A stretch of 64,000 nt of DNA from Mobula hypostoma. Lineage: Eukaryota. Of the stretch, positions 27,379-40,026 are shown in pieces. The position numbers and the translations under genes are program-made. The notes beneath the pieces are model-generated. The model was not told the origin of the DNA and searched no databases. It saw only the letters and a list, made by a program, of their open reading frames with translations. The stretch lies in assembly GCF_963921235.1 (NCBI RefSeq), contig NC_086108.1, forward strand, positions 25,668,001-25,732,000, given 5' to 3'. Numbering within the stretch: position 1 is the stretch's first letter; the number at the start of each line of letters is the position of its first letter.

Positions 27379-28050
27379 TTGGACTCAGGTTTAAAGTGCT
27401 TGCAGAATGGATTTATAACAACACAATTATAGTCTGATATTATCTGGGTAGACTAGAGGACATGATAATGGTTGAAGTGTAATGTGTGTTGGATATGATG
27501 AGGGACTTAATCATCTGGTCCTGGGAGTTATGACTACATCTACAGTGAAAGCTGTCACTCCAAAACTGGGAGCCAGCCCCATGTACTCATACTGTTGAAG
27601 GTGACCATGTGCTGAACTGCTTTGAAAATTAATGTAAAATATCTACAAATGCTGGCAATTTGTGATAAATATGGAGAGTGCTATAAACACTCAGAAGATC
27701 ATGCAGCATCCATGGAGAGAGAGACAGAGAACATTTCAAGTCTAGGGCCTTTTGTCAGAACTGTGAAATTGAGGAAATAAGTGGCAGAAAAAGTGGGGAG
27801 AGGCAATGAGCAGATCAAAGGGAATATCAGCGAATGGATGAGACCAAATGATAGGGAACTGTATCATCATCCAGCATCATCCTTTGATTCAGAAAGCTGT
27901 CATAACCATCAAGCCTATCACACTTGCACAGATGTAAGCCTCAACAGGATCATGCCAAATGACTTTACGTGTGCTAGGAAAACTGCCTTGCAATATTATG
28001 TAATGAAACTATAAACCTGCAACTGATAATATTCACCCATCAGTCTAATA

Positions 28051-28130
28051 CAGGGGTTCCCAACATGGGGTCCAAAGACACCTTGGTTAATGGTAAGTGT
28101 CCATGACATAAAAAAGGCTGGGAACTCCTG
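28051..28130. mobile_element. 80-bp hAT (Charlie-type) MITE
   Basis: TIRs CAGGGGTTCCCAAC / GCTGGGAACTCCTG; degenerate 8-bp flanks GTCTAATA / GTCTTGAA. Confidence 0.7.
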
Positions 28131-28314
28131 GTCTTGAAGTACATAGAAAATGTCATCCAAGTTACCTTTCCGGAAATTCTTCTTATAGTTAGTATAGCTG
28201 AAAGGGCTGCTTTGGACAACAACCAAGGCCTGATCCTTGCCAGCATCGTTAACCAGAGATAGTCATTAACATCTTTTCGGCAGCTTAGTGGAATGACAGA
28301 CTGTAATTACAATC

Positions 28315-28900
28315 ATGACGAAAGCACACCAGCGTCTCTATTTTCATAAGAGGTTAAGGTTTGGCTTGTCATGGAACTATCTTTAACAAACTTCTATAGG
28401 TGTGCTTTTGAAGGTATCCTGACTGTTTGCATAATGGTCTGGTATGATAATCTGAATGCACAGAAATCTAAAAAGCTGCAGGACTAGTGGACTCTGTTGA
28501 ATACATCATGGACACATCCCTACCCATCATTGGTGGTATTTCCATGGGGTACTACCTTAAGAAGACAACATCCAGCAACAAAGGTCTCCACCACCTGAGC
28601 AATGCCTTCTTTTCACAGCTACCGTTGGGCAGGGGGTACAGAAGCCTAGTTCAAGAACCGCTACTTCCCTTCACCAGCTTCTATCTTGAACCAACTGCTA
28701 AAATCCCAAACTCTGTACTATGACTACTTAGCCCAAAATTTTCAAATTCTAATTCTGGTTTCTTATTAAAAGATGTGTATAATTGATGCTTAATGCACTG
28801 CATGTTTTTACATGACTGCTGTTTACATGATGCTATGTGCCTTTGATGCTGCTGCAAGTAAGCTTTTCATTGCTCCTGTGCACACATATACTTGTGGATC
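28315..28900 (+). mobile_element. Rex1/Babar LINE 3' fragment
   Basis: KAHQRLYF motif; colinear with 9085-9460. Confidence 0.75.
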
Positions 28901-29066
28901 TCACAACAAACTCATGTATTAGTGGATCTGACAATGGGACATAGGCATGACAATGAACTCATGGATTTCTGGACATGACAATGAACTCACGCTCTTGTGG
29001 ATCAGACAATGAACTCATGCACTCGTGGATATAACAATAAACTCATGTTCTTGTGTATCTGACAAT
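28891..29066 (+). repeat. ~28-bp tandem repeat (~6 degenerate units) derived from the LINE tail
   Basis: Unit GTGGATCTGACAATGAACTCATGCACTC-like; GTGGAT/GTGTAT recurs at 28997, 29025 and 29053. Confidence 0.8.
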
Positions 29067-30099
29067 ACTGATTTTGACCACTGACAATCCATTCTGGAAA
29101 TGAATAACATTTTTAAGGTGAAATGGAAATATTCTTTAAGATAGCGACTATTTGCTAATTAAATTGAGCAATTAAATTTTAGTACAAACATTAGAAATCA
29201 GGCTACTCATTTTTGCATCAAAAATCCTCACTGCTCATAGTGTTTATGATGCTCTTTGATGTCTTCACATTAAATACGGCATTTTCTGCATATAAACCAT
29301 AAAGTGAATTCAACACACGTAGGTTTTGCAAAAAAATAATGAACTCCACAAAGTCAGATGCAGTTGCCTGGGAAATAATATATTTTATTTCAGATGAAAT
29401 ACTGATAAGATAAAAATGTACAATTGTCCACTCACTTTGATGAACATCATTGAAGCAAGTAAAATATGGGCCATTTATATCACTTGTCTGTTTTCTGTCA
29501 TTGGGTTTTCTGGGTTATAACTCATCGATGCTAAAATTACAGCTTTTTCCAAGAAATGTTTCATTGTGATGAATGTATTAATGGTGTGCTATTGCCTTAA
29601 TTATTTTATGATGTTGTCCATTCCTCAGTTCTCTTTTAAAGTAGTGGTGAATAATTATCTACGGCTATTACTTTATTTGTGACAATAATGTGGAAGATAA
29701 CCCATCACAGGCTGAAGAAGAAGGAATCCAATAGGAAAGGACAATGGACCATGGAAAAAAGGGAAAGAGATGGGGAACCAGAGGGAGTGGACAGGTGAGA
29801 AGAAGAGAAGGTATAAGAGTGCATGGTATTACAGGAAAGATACTAGCATGGATAGAAGAGTGGTTGACTGCAGAAGGCAAAGATCGGGAACAAAGTTTGT
29901 GATATTCGCTGACATTCAGGTTTGTACTCATCGCCAATCTGTTGTAGAAGCATGGATGTAGGAGATGGCTTTAACTGGTGTACTCACATTGCAACGAGCG
30001 AGAGAGAGAACGATGCACATGCATGGGCAACAGGTCAATGCGTAGTGCTAAGGGGATGGTCATTGCTCTAGAAGAAATAGATCCATACATTACAGCTTA

Positions 30100-30728
30100 C
30101 TTGTAGGTTTAGTCAGTGGTAAGGAAGGCAGATGCAATGTTAGCATTCATTTTGAGAGGACTAGAATATGAAAGCAAGGATGTAATGCTGATGCTTTATA
30201 AGGCATTGGTCAGACTGCCCTTGGAGTATTGTGAACAGTTTTGGGGCCCACATTAAAGAAAGGATGCACTGGCATTGGAGAGGCTGCAGAAGAAATTCTT
30301 GTATCCAGAGGAGGATCTCAGGAAAGAAAGGGTTAATATATGAGGAGTGTTTGATAACTCTAGGTCTGTACTTGCTGGAGTTTAGATTTCAATGAGATCC
30401 CCCCTCATTCTTCTATCGAATATTGAAAGGCCTAGACAGTTGATGTGGAGAGGATATTTCCAATAGTGGGTGAGTCTAGGACTAGAGAGTGCAGCCTTAG
30501 AATAGAAGGATGTCCCTTTAGAGCAGAAATGAGAAGGAATTTCTTTAGCCAGAGGGTGGTGAATTTGTGGAATTCATTGTCTTTGGAGGCTACGTCATTG
30601 AAAGATTACGGGGAGAAAGCAGGAAAATAGTTTGGGAGGGATAATAACTCAGCCATGATGAAATGGCAAAGCAGACTCGGGGCCAAATGGCCTAATTCTG
30701 CTTCTGTGACATATGGTCTTATGGTCTA
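30100..30728 (+). mobile_element. CR1 LINE 3' fragment
   Basis: LYKALVRLPLEYC; EMRRNFFSQRVVNLWNSL; (TATGGTCT)n end. Confidence 0.85.
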
Positions 30729-30914
30729 AGAGGAGAGCCAGAACGGGGAATTGAAAGAGAGAGAAGAAAACGGGAGCGGTGGCGTGGGGGAAGAAATTAC
30801 TGGAGAAATCTATGTTCGTGCCATCAGTTCAGAAGCTACCCAGAAGTAATATGACGTATTGCTCCTCCAACCTGAGGGTGGCCTCATTATGAAAGTAAAG
30901 AAGTCCATGGACAT

Positions 30915-31185
30915 TTATTTACTTACAGATACAGAGCAGAATAGGCCCTTCCAGCCTGTCAAGCTGCAGAGTCCAGCAACCCTGATAACCCCAATGCAAC
31001 CCTAACCTAGTCACAGGACATTTTACAATGATTAATTAAACTACCTGGCATGTCTTTGGATTGTGGGAGGAAACCGGAGCACCCAGAGAAAAGTCATGCC
31101 TTCCATAGGGAGAATGTACAGAGACTCCTTAGAGAGGATGCCGGGATTGAAGTCCGAACTCTGACACCCTGAACTATAATAGCAT
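30915..31185 (-). mobile_element. V-domain SINE
   Basis: TTTGGATTGTGGGAGGAAACCGGAGCACCCAGAGAAA is the reverse-complement V-domain; (ATTT)n tail at the left. Confidence 0.7.
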
Positions 31186-33791
31186 TGCGCAAATTGGAAG
31201 TAGAATTAACCATTGATGTCCACCAGGAACTCCTGCCTGTTGGGGCGGATACAGCAAAGGTGCTTAATGAAGTGGTCTCCCAATCTATATTTGGCCTCAC
31301 CAATGTGGAGGAGGATGCTTCAGGAGCACCAGATACAGTAGATGACACCGACAGAATCACAAGTATTGCTGCACCCTCAAGGATTGTTCAGAGCCCTAAA
31401 TATTGATGAAGGAGGAGGTGAAGGGGCAGGAGTAGCATTTGCTGTACTTACAGGGATGTGTCAGGAGGGAGGGTGCCCCTCCTCCTTCCATTTCCCCCAT
31501 GGTCCACTCTTCTCTCCTATCAGACTCCTTCTTCTTCAACCCTCTACCTTTCCTAACAATCACCTCCTGGCTTCTTACTTCATCTCCCCTCACCACCCCC
31601 CACCCACCTTCTGCCTCACCTGGTTTCACCTGAAAGCTTGTACTCCTACCTCCCCATCCCACCTTCTTCTGGCCTCATCCCCCCTTCCTTTCCATGTTCT
31701 TGGCCCAAAATGCCAGCTGTTTATTCCCCTCCATGAATGCTGGTGTTTTTAATGAAAATGAATGCAGCTGAATACCAAGGAGAAGTGGAATGGTTAGATT
31801 TTCTTTCTTGAAACATTGCTTGACACTTGTGTTGTAAATATCACTTGCCACTTATTGATCCAAATCTGGTCCAAGTCATTCAACATGTAAAAAGGTTCTG
31901 TCTCATTCTCTAAGGAAGAAGGATTGGGTTCACATTTCCTTTCACTGGAAGGGAAAGCACTCCAGGAATGTCATGTGGATTTGGTGTTTTTTTCGACTGA
32001 CCTGAAGGATTCCTTCAAGTGATCATATCTTGCTGATCATGCAAGAGGGGCATATTCATGGAAGAGCAATGGATTAAAAAGCTATCGCAGTATATACAGA
32101 GTGAAGAGCTGGTGGAAAGGGATTATAGAAGAACATTTAAAAATATTGTTCTCAGAAGATAGACTAGCATTCCCCACAATGCTAGTAGTCACAATAACTA
32201 AAGCATCTTAATGATGGTAAAGCCATTTGGGGTATTCAATAATCATGCAAGATGCTATATAAATGAAGCTAACTATCCATCTGTGTACTTTCTAGAGATA
32301 GTAATTCATTCAATCCAGGCACTGAAGTGTTCTTTCTGGTACACTCTTACCATTTGTTCAACTTGCATAACATTCTACCTTTTCAACGAGCACTTGGTAC
32401 CAAGGAAAGGAAAACACCGCATTTCTGGATGCTGTCGCACGGGGTAGAATACATTGCATATGGTTTCAGATACAGCAGTTCCCTGGAAAATGGTTTTGTA
32501 CAAATTCCTGTTATTCTCTACCATAGTATTCCTGAAGTTAGTAGAATGTTGCTTTTTCAATTTCCTGATGTTGGCTAGGTGTATGAAAATCAGTGTTCTT
32601 TTGTAGGTAAAGGATTGAATCTATTATGATTAGATGCTGCAGGACATAACAAAAAATTATTCATTCTGAAATTGTGCACAATATACAAAGGTATTTCATT
32701 CCTCCACATGACTATATTCATCTTTAATGATCTCAGGTATTTTCATGAAGAATTGGCAGTAATCTTCAAATGTTTGCTAAATCTTAATTTTGTTCTTCAA
32801 ATATTTTACTCCAGCTGTGTCTAGTGGAGCAAAAATTCTTTGGCAGAAAAGTGTGACACCCACTCTTCATATAAAATACTCCCCAATGGACTGTGTTAGT
32901 TGTGAATCAGGAATGCTGCATGCTAAGTATTTGTAAGGAAGACTTACTGTAATTACTTCCAGTCAAAATGGCACATGCATACAATTATCCTTTGGACGGC
33001 ATCGTCTGAATAGACCAGGGAACAATCTTTTTCACTTCTTTTGTGTCATTTATGTTTGCTTCTCATCTTGGATGTGATTCTGGAACTGTTGGAGACTGTA
33101 GATTGCTGATGGATGGGGAGATCATTTGGGGTGCTTCCGTGCTCTGCAGTCTCCGAGGTTCCAGGAGGCAGAGGCAGTGTGAGCGAACCTTGTGGTGAGA
33201 AGCCTGCAGGTTGGCATACCAGCCAATGTTTGACCCCAATTAAGGCTTTCATTGTTTACCAATTCAAGCGACAAAGGAGATTGAAACATCACGGCGAATG
33301 CGGAAGTTTGGAAATCATTTGGGTGTTCCACCACTCTTCCGTCTTTAAGAGATGGAGGCAGCGTGCACGTACCTCATGGCAGGCAGGCCACAAGACAGGG
33401 TGCAAGATGAAGCAAGCTCCATTTCCCCAATTAAAATTCCCATTGTTGGCGATTGAAGCATTGAAGCAGGTGTGGAGGGTGAGCATTGGCTGCTAGTTTT
33501 CTGATTTCTCTGGCTACTAGTCTTTTGGTTGCTGGAGGGGGAGGGGGAGATCCAAAATGATAGGAGAAGACAGGAGGGGGAGGGATAGAGCCAAGAGCTG
33601 GACAGGTGATAGGCAAAAGGGGATACGAGAAGATCATGGGACAGGAGGTCCGGGAAGAAAGACAAGGGGCGGGGGCCCAGAGGATGGGCAAAAGGTATAT
33701 TCAGAGGGACAGAGGGAGAAAAAGGAGAGTGAGAGAAAAAATGTGTGCATAAAAATAAGTAACAGATGGGGTACGAGGGGGAGGTGGGGCC

Positions 33792-35153
33792 TTAGCGGAA
33801 GTTAGAGAAGTCGATGTTCACGCTATCAGGTTGGAGGCTACCCAGATGGAATATAAGGTGTTGTTCCTCCAACCTGAGTGTGGCTTCATCTTTACAGTAG
33901 AGGAGGCCGTGGATAGACATGTCAGAATGGGAATGGGATGTGGAATTAAAATGTGTGGCCACTGGGAGATCCTGCTTTCTCTGTCGGACAGAGCGTAGAT
34001 GTTCAGCAAAACGGTCTCCCAGTCTGCGTCGGGTCTCGCCAATATATAAAAGGCCACATCGGGAGCACCGGACGCAGTATATCACCCCAGTCGACTCACA
34101 GGTGAAGTGTTGCCTTACCTGGAAGGACTGTTTGGGGCCCTGAATAGTGGTAAGGGAGGAAGTGTAAGGGCATGTATAGCACTTGTTCCGCTTACACTGA
34201 TAAGTGCCAGGAGGGAGATCAGTGGGGAGGGATAGGGGGGACGAATGGACAAGGGAGTTGCGTAGGGAGCGATCCCTGTGGAATGCAGAGAGAGCAGGGG
34301 AGGGAAAGATGTGCTTAGTGGTGGGATCCCGTTGGAGGTGGCGGAAGTTACGGAGAATAATATGTTGGACCCGGAGGCTGATGGGGTGGTAGGTGAGGAC
34401 CAGGGGAACCCTATTCCTAGTGGGGTGGCGGGAGGATGGAGTGAGAGCAGATGTACGTGAAATGGGGGAGATACGTTTAAGAGCAGAGTTGATAGTGGAG
34501 GAAGGGAAGCCCCTTTCTTTAAAAAATGAAGACACCTCCCTCGTCCTAGAATGAAAAGCCTCATCCTGAGAGCAGATGCGGCGGAGACGGAGGAATTGCG
34601 AGAAGGGGATGGCGTTTTTGCAAGAGACAGGGTGAGAAGAGGAATAGTCCAGATAGCTGTGAGAGTCAGTAGGCTTATAGTAGATATCAGTGGATAAGCT
34701 GTCTCCAGAGACAGAGACAGAAAGATCTAGAAAGGGGAGGGAGGTGTCGGAAATGGACCAGGTAAACTTGAAGGCAGGGTGAAAGTTGGAGGCAAAGTTA
34801 ATAAAGTCAACGAGTTCTCCATGCGTGCAGGAAGCAGTGCCAATGCAGTTGTCGATGTAGCGAAGGAAAAGTGGGGGACAGATACCAGAATAGGTTTGTA
34901 ACATAGATTGTTCCACAAAGCCAACAAAAAGGCAGGCATAGCTAGGACCCATACGGGTGCCCATAGCTACACTTTTAGTTTGGAGGAAGTGGGAGGAGCC
35001 AAAGGAGAAATTATAAAGAGTAAGGACTAATTCCGCTAGACGGAGCAGAGTGGTGGTAGAGGGGAACTGTTTAGGTCTGGAATCGAAAAAGAAGCGTAGA
35101 GCTTTGAGACCTTCCTGATGGGGGATGGAAGTATATAGGGACTGGACATCCAT
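33792..35153 (-). pseudogene. PLE reverse transcriptase + GIY-YIG endonuclease, 5'-truncated open frame (453 aa)
   Basis: MDVQSLYTSIP, AMGTRMGPSYA, RYIDN (catalytic DD is DN), LPFLD, YKPTD, CKRNKCYTC linker, VIYCVRC..LYIGET.R..RF.EH. Confidence 0.92.
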
Positions 35154-35779
35154 GGTGAATGCGTGGTGGTTTCCTCGTCCCTCCGCAAAAAACGGCCTCC
35201 TCTACTGTAAAGATGAAACGGCCTCCTCTACTGTAAAGATGAAGCCTGACGCAGACTGGGAGACCATTTTGCTGAACATCTACGCTCTGTCCGCCAGAGA
35301 AAGCAGGATCTCCCAGTGGCCACACATTTTAATTCCACATCCCATTCCCATTCTGACATGTCTATCCACGGCCCCCTCTACTGTAAAGATGAAGCCACAC
35401 TCAGGCTGGAGGAACAACACCTTACATTCCGTCTGGGTAGCCTCCAACCTGATGACATGAACATCGACTTCTCTAACTTCCGCTAGGGCCCCACCTCCCC
35501 CTCGTACCCCATCTGTTACTTACTTTTATGCACACATTCTTTCTCTCACTCTCCTTTTTCTCCCTCTGTCCCTCTGAATATACCTCTTGCCCATCCTCTG
35601 GGTCCCTCACCCCCCGTCTTTCATCCCGGACCTCCTGTCCCATGATCCTCTCGTATCCCCTTTTGCCTATCACCTGTCCAGCTCTTGGCTCTATCCCTCC
35701 CCCTCCTGTCTTCTCCTATCATTTTGCATCTCCCCCTCCCCCTCCAGCTTTCAAATCCCTTACTCACTCTTCCTTCAGT

Positions 35780-35817
35780 TAGTCCTGACGAAGGGTCTCG
35801 GCCTGAAACGTCGACTG
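35780..35817 (+). ncRNA. Minimal type I hammerhead ribozyme motif in PLE 3' region
   Basis: TAGTC-CTGACGA-A-GGGT-CTCG-GCCT-GAAA-CGTC-GACTG: stem I TAGTC/GACTG, intact core, stem II, palindromic ACGT stem III, GTC cleavage triplet. Confidence 0.8.
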
Positions 35818-38375
35818 CGCCTCTTCCTATAGATGCTGCTTGGCCTGCTGCGTTCACCAGCAACTTTGATGTGTGTTGGTTGAATTTCCAGCATCTGCAG
35901 AATTCCTGTTGTTTTAGTCTTTTGGTTGCTCTGCTATGCCACCAGAGACGGGAGAGCCTGCCACTGTCGAGAGAGTTGCCCAGGTTTTTTTGCATTTTGG
36001 AAGTGGAGTTGGACTATAAAATCTTTTTCTTCAATCTTATAGTTTTTATTTTCTGCCTGATCTTTTCATTTTTGTTTGTGCATGGATGGGAATTTTGGAA
36101 TTGATGTGCCTGATCTGTTTTGTTCATTTTTTTTGTGTGGGTGGAGGGATTTGGGGGTTGACGTGCCTGTTCTGTTTTCGTTCGTTTGTTTTACGGGAAG
36201 GTGGGATTTCGGGGTTGGTGATCATGCTGCGTTTATTTTCTTTTTTGGTTTCATGACTATCCAGAGAATTGAAGAACTTAATCAGAGTTGTATACTTTGA
36301 TAATAAAATGAACTTTCGAATGTTTAAACCTTTGGACCCTTCGTATCTGGGCAACAAGAGCGTTAATCATGATTGTGAAGACAACATCATTCACCCTTGC
36401 AGCACTTTTGACAAGGCTACTACAACTAGTCACTATCAGGCATGGAATAGGAATTTGGACTTATAGATATTTTTGCGATGCTTTGCCATTTGAAGCAGAT
36501 GTCAGCTTGGAGAGGATCATTCACAAATGATGAGGTAATGACAGCAGGAAATAGATTCATAGAAGGACTTTAAGACCACAGGGAGTGCGCAAGATTGGCT
36601 TACTTGAATAATATTAGGTTTGAAGAACCATAGTTGCTAGAGGCTGTGATTGTTTCTACCGCTGCAGAGAAATAGAGGTTGTAAAAATTATGAAAGCTTC
36701 TGATGGAGTGAAATAAGATAGACTATCTTCCCCTGTTGAGGAATTGTTGACAAGGCATCATCAATTTAAACTGTTACTAAACTAAAAATGAGATATTCTT
36801 TATGTAGAAGTCTCTTCCAACACTGTAACATAGAATAGTACCATTTTAAGGGAAAATACCTGAAACAGAATAAGATCCGGGGAAGACAGAATTAGTTTTA
36901 GATTGCCCAGACAGAATGATGGCAAGGGTGAGACAGATTGAACACTTCCCACTGCACAGTGAGTTAATATGGGATTGTAAATTGCATTAATGCATTTCAT
37001 CCCATCTCAATTGCCATCTTGCTTGCTGACAGCAAAGGCCACCCATTGCCTGCTCTGAATGAAGAAATGTGGTAGGAAATAGGAAGAAGTAGAAAGTTCC
37101 AAACAATCAGCAGCAAATTATATTTTACTGGCTACAACACGAATGTCAGCATCAGCTGCGAGATCTTTGTACAGTTACTCAGGGAACTGCCATCTAATTG
37201 ATTTTTTCCCCTGAATTCTCTTATTGTCTCTCACATGTTGCCAGTTTCTACTGTTTCTATCATCTCTTGACATTGAGGAAAAGCACAATGTATGGCTCTT
37301 CTTCATTTCAAAGAATGATGATGTAAATTTGCAGAGCAGTGAAAGAGAGAAACAATGAAAGAGGACAAACATTTGGGGAATAAAAATATACAAGAGCAGT
37401 GCAGATACCCATCAAGAACCCCTGGACCTTATTTCTTTTCAGCTATTATCTACTGAAGCAAATTTTAACTCTTAACAGATGCTATCATATTATGAAAGCC
37501 ATTATTTGGCGCTGAAATGTTCTTGTCAACTGTATAACACTTGCTGTTCCTTTACACGATGCTAGGATATGACAAAGTCAGATAATATATTTATGTGGCA
37601 ATGTCACTGTGTCGCCTAGGGTGTGAAAGCTTGAAAGAGCTGCACTTAAAAATCCCACCATCTGTTTAGCATTGTGAATTCTTTTAAGGCAGTTTCAAAT
37701 AGTGGCTCTTACTTGTAAAAAAAATACCCATTCTGCTAATAAAAACAAGGAAGTGACTGATTGAGGGAACTTTTATGAAATAAATCTAAATTTATTCTTC
37801 TGCTAAATGATTTGCTTGCTGAAGTTATTTTCAGGGAACTAGCCTGTAAACCATAAAACAATTATACAAACTTCAAAGGGAATAAGTAGAGAAATGGGGA
37901 AGTGAATGAGTAATATTTCGAAGTATGTCTCTCCCACGTCCTTGCATAAATGCAAAATGTAAAATTCTTCACCAGGAGCAAGAGTGGGAAATGGTACAAA
38001 ATGCCTTCATCACTAAAAATCTGCAAAATTACTATTAGGACTACCTATCAGTTCTCCTGAACGTCTCTCTCCATGTCAGTCTATATATTCCTCTCCTTCA
38101 AGCACCCATCCATCCCTCCCATAAACAGAACTATGTTAATAGAGGGAGGATTTAGAGCCACTAAGAAGTTGGAAAAAATAAGGTTTATCAAAAGTGTTTG
38201 AAATGAGAGGTTATATTGATCAAGCAGGATTCAATCAACCTGGCTGTCTCCTAAGAGAGTCTGAGACTCTATCTACTACTGAACTTTAAGATCATGAACT
38301 GAATCTGGTCGAGTGGCCAGGAAAATGATGCCTCTCTTTGTGTCCGAGCGTGAACTACGGTAAATATATTCAGTA

Positions 38376-38597
38376 AAACACACAAAATGCCGGAGGAACT
38401 CAGCAAGACAGGCAACATCAATGGAAAGGAATAAAGAATTGATGTTTTGGCCCAAGATACTTCATCAGGACTCAGCCCATCAAAGCATCTTGGCTGAAAC
38501 ATCTACTCTTTAATTGTTTCTATGGATGTTGCCTAATCTACTGTATTTTGTGTGCATTACTCTGGATTTTCAGCATCTGCAGAATCTGTTGTATTTA
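38376..38597. mobile_element. Fold-back mini Penelope-like element
   Basis: Minus arm 38376-38472 (CACAAAATGCCGGAGGAACTCAGC...CTTCATCAGGACT), then plus arm ending CAGCATCTGCAGAATCT. Confidence 0.7.
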
Positions 38598-38649
38598 TAA
38601 ACGTATTTATTGAATTGTATTTGTTACTCATCATGTCTAATTCTCTAAC

Positions 38650-39360
38650 TGGAGAAACCAATGCAATCTGGATGACCACTCTGCAGAACACATCACTCTG
38701 TCTCCTCAGGTGACCATGAACTTGTCACTTATCACGCTCATTCTCCATTCCACTCTGAGCTCTTCTCTTTTACTGCATCCTAGATTGCTCCAATGATGCC
38801 TGATGTAAATTTGAAAAAAAAACAGGACCTCTTCTTCTGTCTAGACATGGTTTCGGTCCTTGGACTCAATATTGAATTTAACAATTTCAAGAAACCAAAT
38901 TAACCAGCCTTTCTTTTTCTCTCAACAGATGAGGTTATAACTTTCTGTTTCTTTTTTTTTTCATTTTGACTCTTCTGTCTCTGACTGACGCTTTTAAAGT
39001 AATTGTTACCTTGACAACTTAAATCTGCTCACTTTGTCTGTTTCTCCATACTCTCCCTCTCTGCAATTTAAAACACACCCATCCAGTTCTGTTGAAACAT
39101 TTTTCATCAAAACATTATTTCTGTTTCTCTTTCTACTGATGCTGCCTAATCTGCTAAGTGATTTCCTGACCTACAGTTTTTTTCCCTTTCAGAGGAAGCA
39201 TCTTCCTTCCCCTCCCCCCCCACCCCACTTTCTACTCTGGTATCTTCTCCCTTCCTTTCAAGTACCGATGAAGGGTCTCAGTCTGAAATGTTGGCTGTTT
39301 ATTTATTTCCATAGATGTTGCCTGACCTGCTGAGTTCCTCCAGTATCTTGGTTGTGTTGC
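38650..39360 (+). mobile_element. Old PLE remnants (GIY-YIG C-terminus and 3' ends)
   Basis: Degenerate similarity to 35250-35480 and 35760-35880; HHR remnant CCGATGAAGGGTCTCAGTCTGAAATGTT at ~39265-39292. Confidence 0.55.
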
Positions 39361-39476
39361 ATCTGATATTGAGTATAGATTTTCCCCAGGTTACAAATGC
39401 TGGGCCTGTGGATATCTGTACGTAAGAATGAGCTGTCATAGTGTTGTTAAATTCAAAACTCTAATGTATGTATATA

Positions 39477-40026
39477 CACTCAGTTGCCACTGTATTAGGT
39501 ATACCTGCACACCTGCTCATTAATGCAAGTATCTTTTCAGCCAGTCATGAGCCAATACATAAAAAGATGCAAACATGGCCAAAAGGTTCAGTTGCTGTTC
39601 AGACCAAACATTAAAATGAGGAAGAAACGTGTTCTATGTGACTCTGGTCATAGAATAATTGTTGACAGCAGACAGGATGGTTTGACTATCTCAGAAACTG
39701 CTGATCTCCAGAATCTACAGAATCTACAGAGAATAGTGCAAAAAAACAAACAAAACAGAATCCAGTGAGTGGCAGTTCTGTGGGTGAAAACACTTTGTTA
39801 ATGAGAGAGGTCAGAGGAGAAAGGCCTGACTGCTTCAATCTGAGTGGAAGGTGACAATAACTCAAATAACCATGTGTTACAGCAGTGGTGTGCTGAAGAG
39901 CATCTCTGAACACACAACACATCAAACCTTGAAGTAGATGGGCTCCAGCAGCGGAAGACCACGAACCATCAGTCAGTGGCCACTACATTGGGCACGGGAG
40001 GTAACTAATAAAGTGGCCACTCTGTG
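39477..40026 (+). mobile_element. Non-autonomous Tc1 element
   Basis: TA flanks on both sides; TIRs CACTCAGTTGCCACTGTATTAGGTA / TAACTAATAAAGTGGCCACTCTGTG; N-terminal transposase remnant MRKKRVLCDSGHRIIVDSRQDGLTISETADL. Confidence 0.85.

Larger units (their letters stand above)
29705..31745. mobile_element. Old inverted Penelope-like element (minus arm ~29705-31460, plus arm ~31475-31745) with nested CR1 and SINE
   Basis: Minus arm has GIY-YIG remnants homologous to 33900-34190; 31480-31545 is the reverse complement of ~29710-29770. Confidence 0.65.
33534..35914. mobile_element. Penelope-like element (Neptune-type), inverted structure, 16-bp TSD
   Basis: TSD TAGTCTTTTGGTTGCT at 33518-33533 and 35915-35930; minus arm 33534-35160, plus arm 35247-35914 carrying the full 3' terminus. 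Confidence 0.93.
33090..36320 (+). mobile_element. Non-coding repeat with Rex1-like tail that hosts the PLE insertion (33090-33533 and 35931-36320)
   Basis: Ends GAGTTGTATACTTTGATAATAAAATGAACTTT; continuous across the PLE TSD. The left boundary is uncertain. Confidence 0.45.

Noticed and set aside
28891..29066. CRISPR-like periodic repeat
   Set aside because: Units are contiguous and degenerate with no unique spacers; eukaryotic context; derived from a LINE tail.
32351..32482. Minus-strand AG/GT-bounded segment (TTTTCCAG..ATG|GTAAGA)
   Set aside because: Stops in all three frames; no support for a coding exon.
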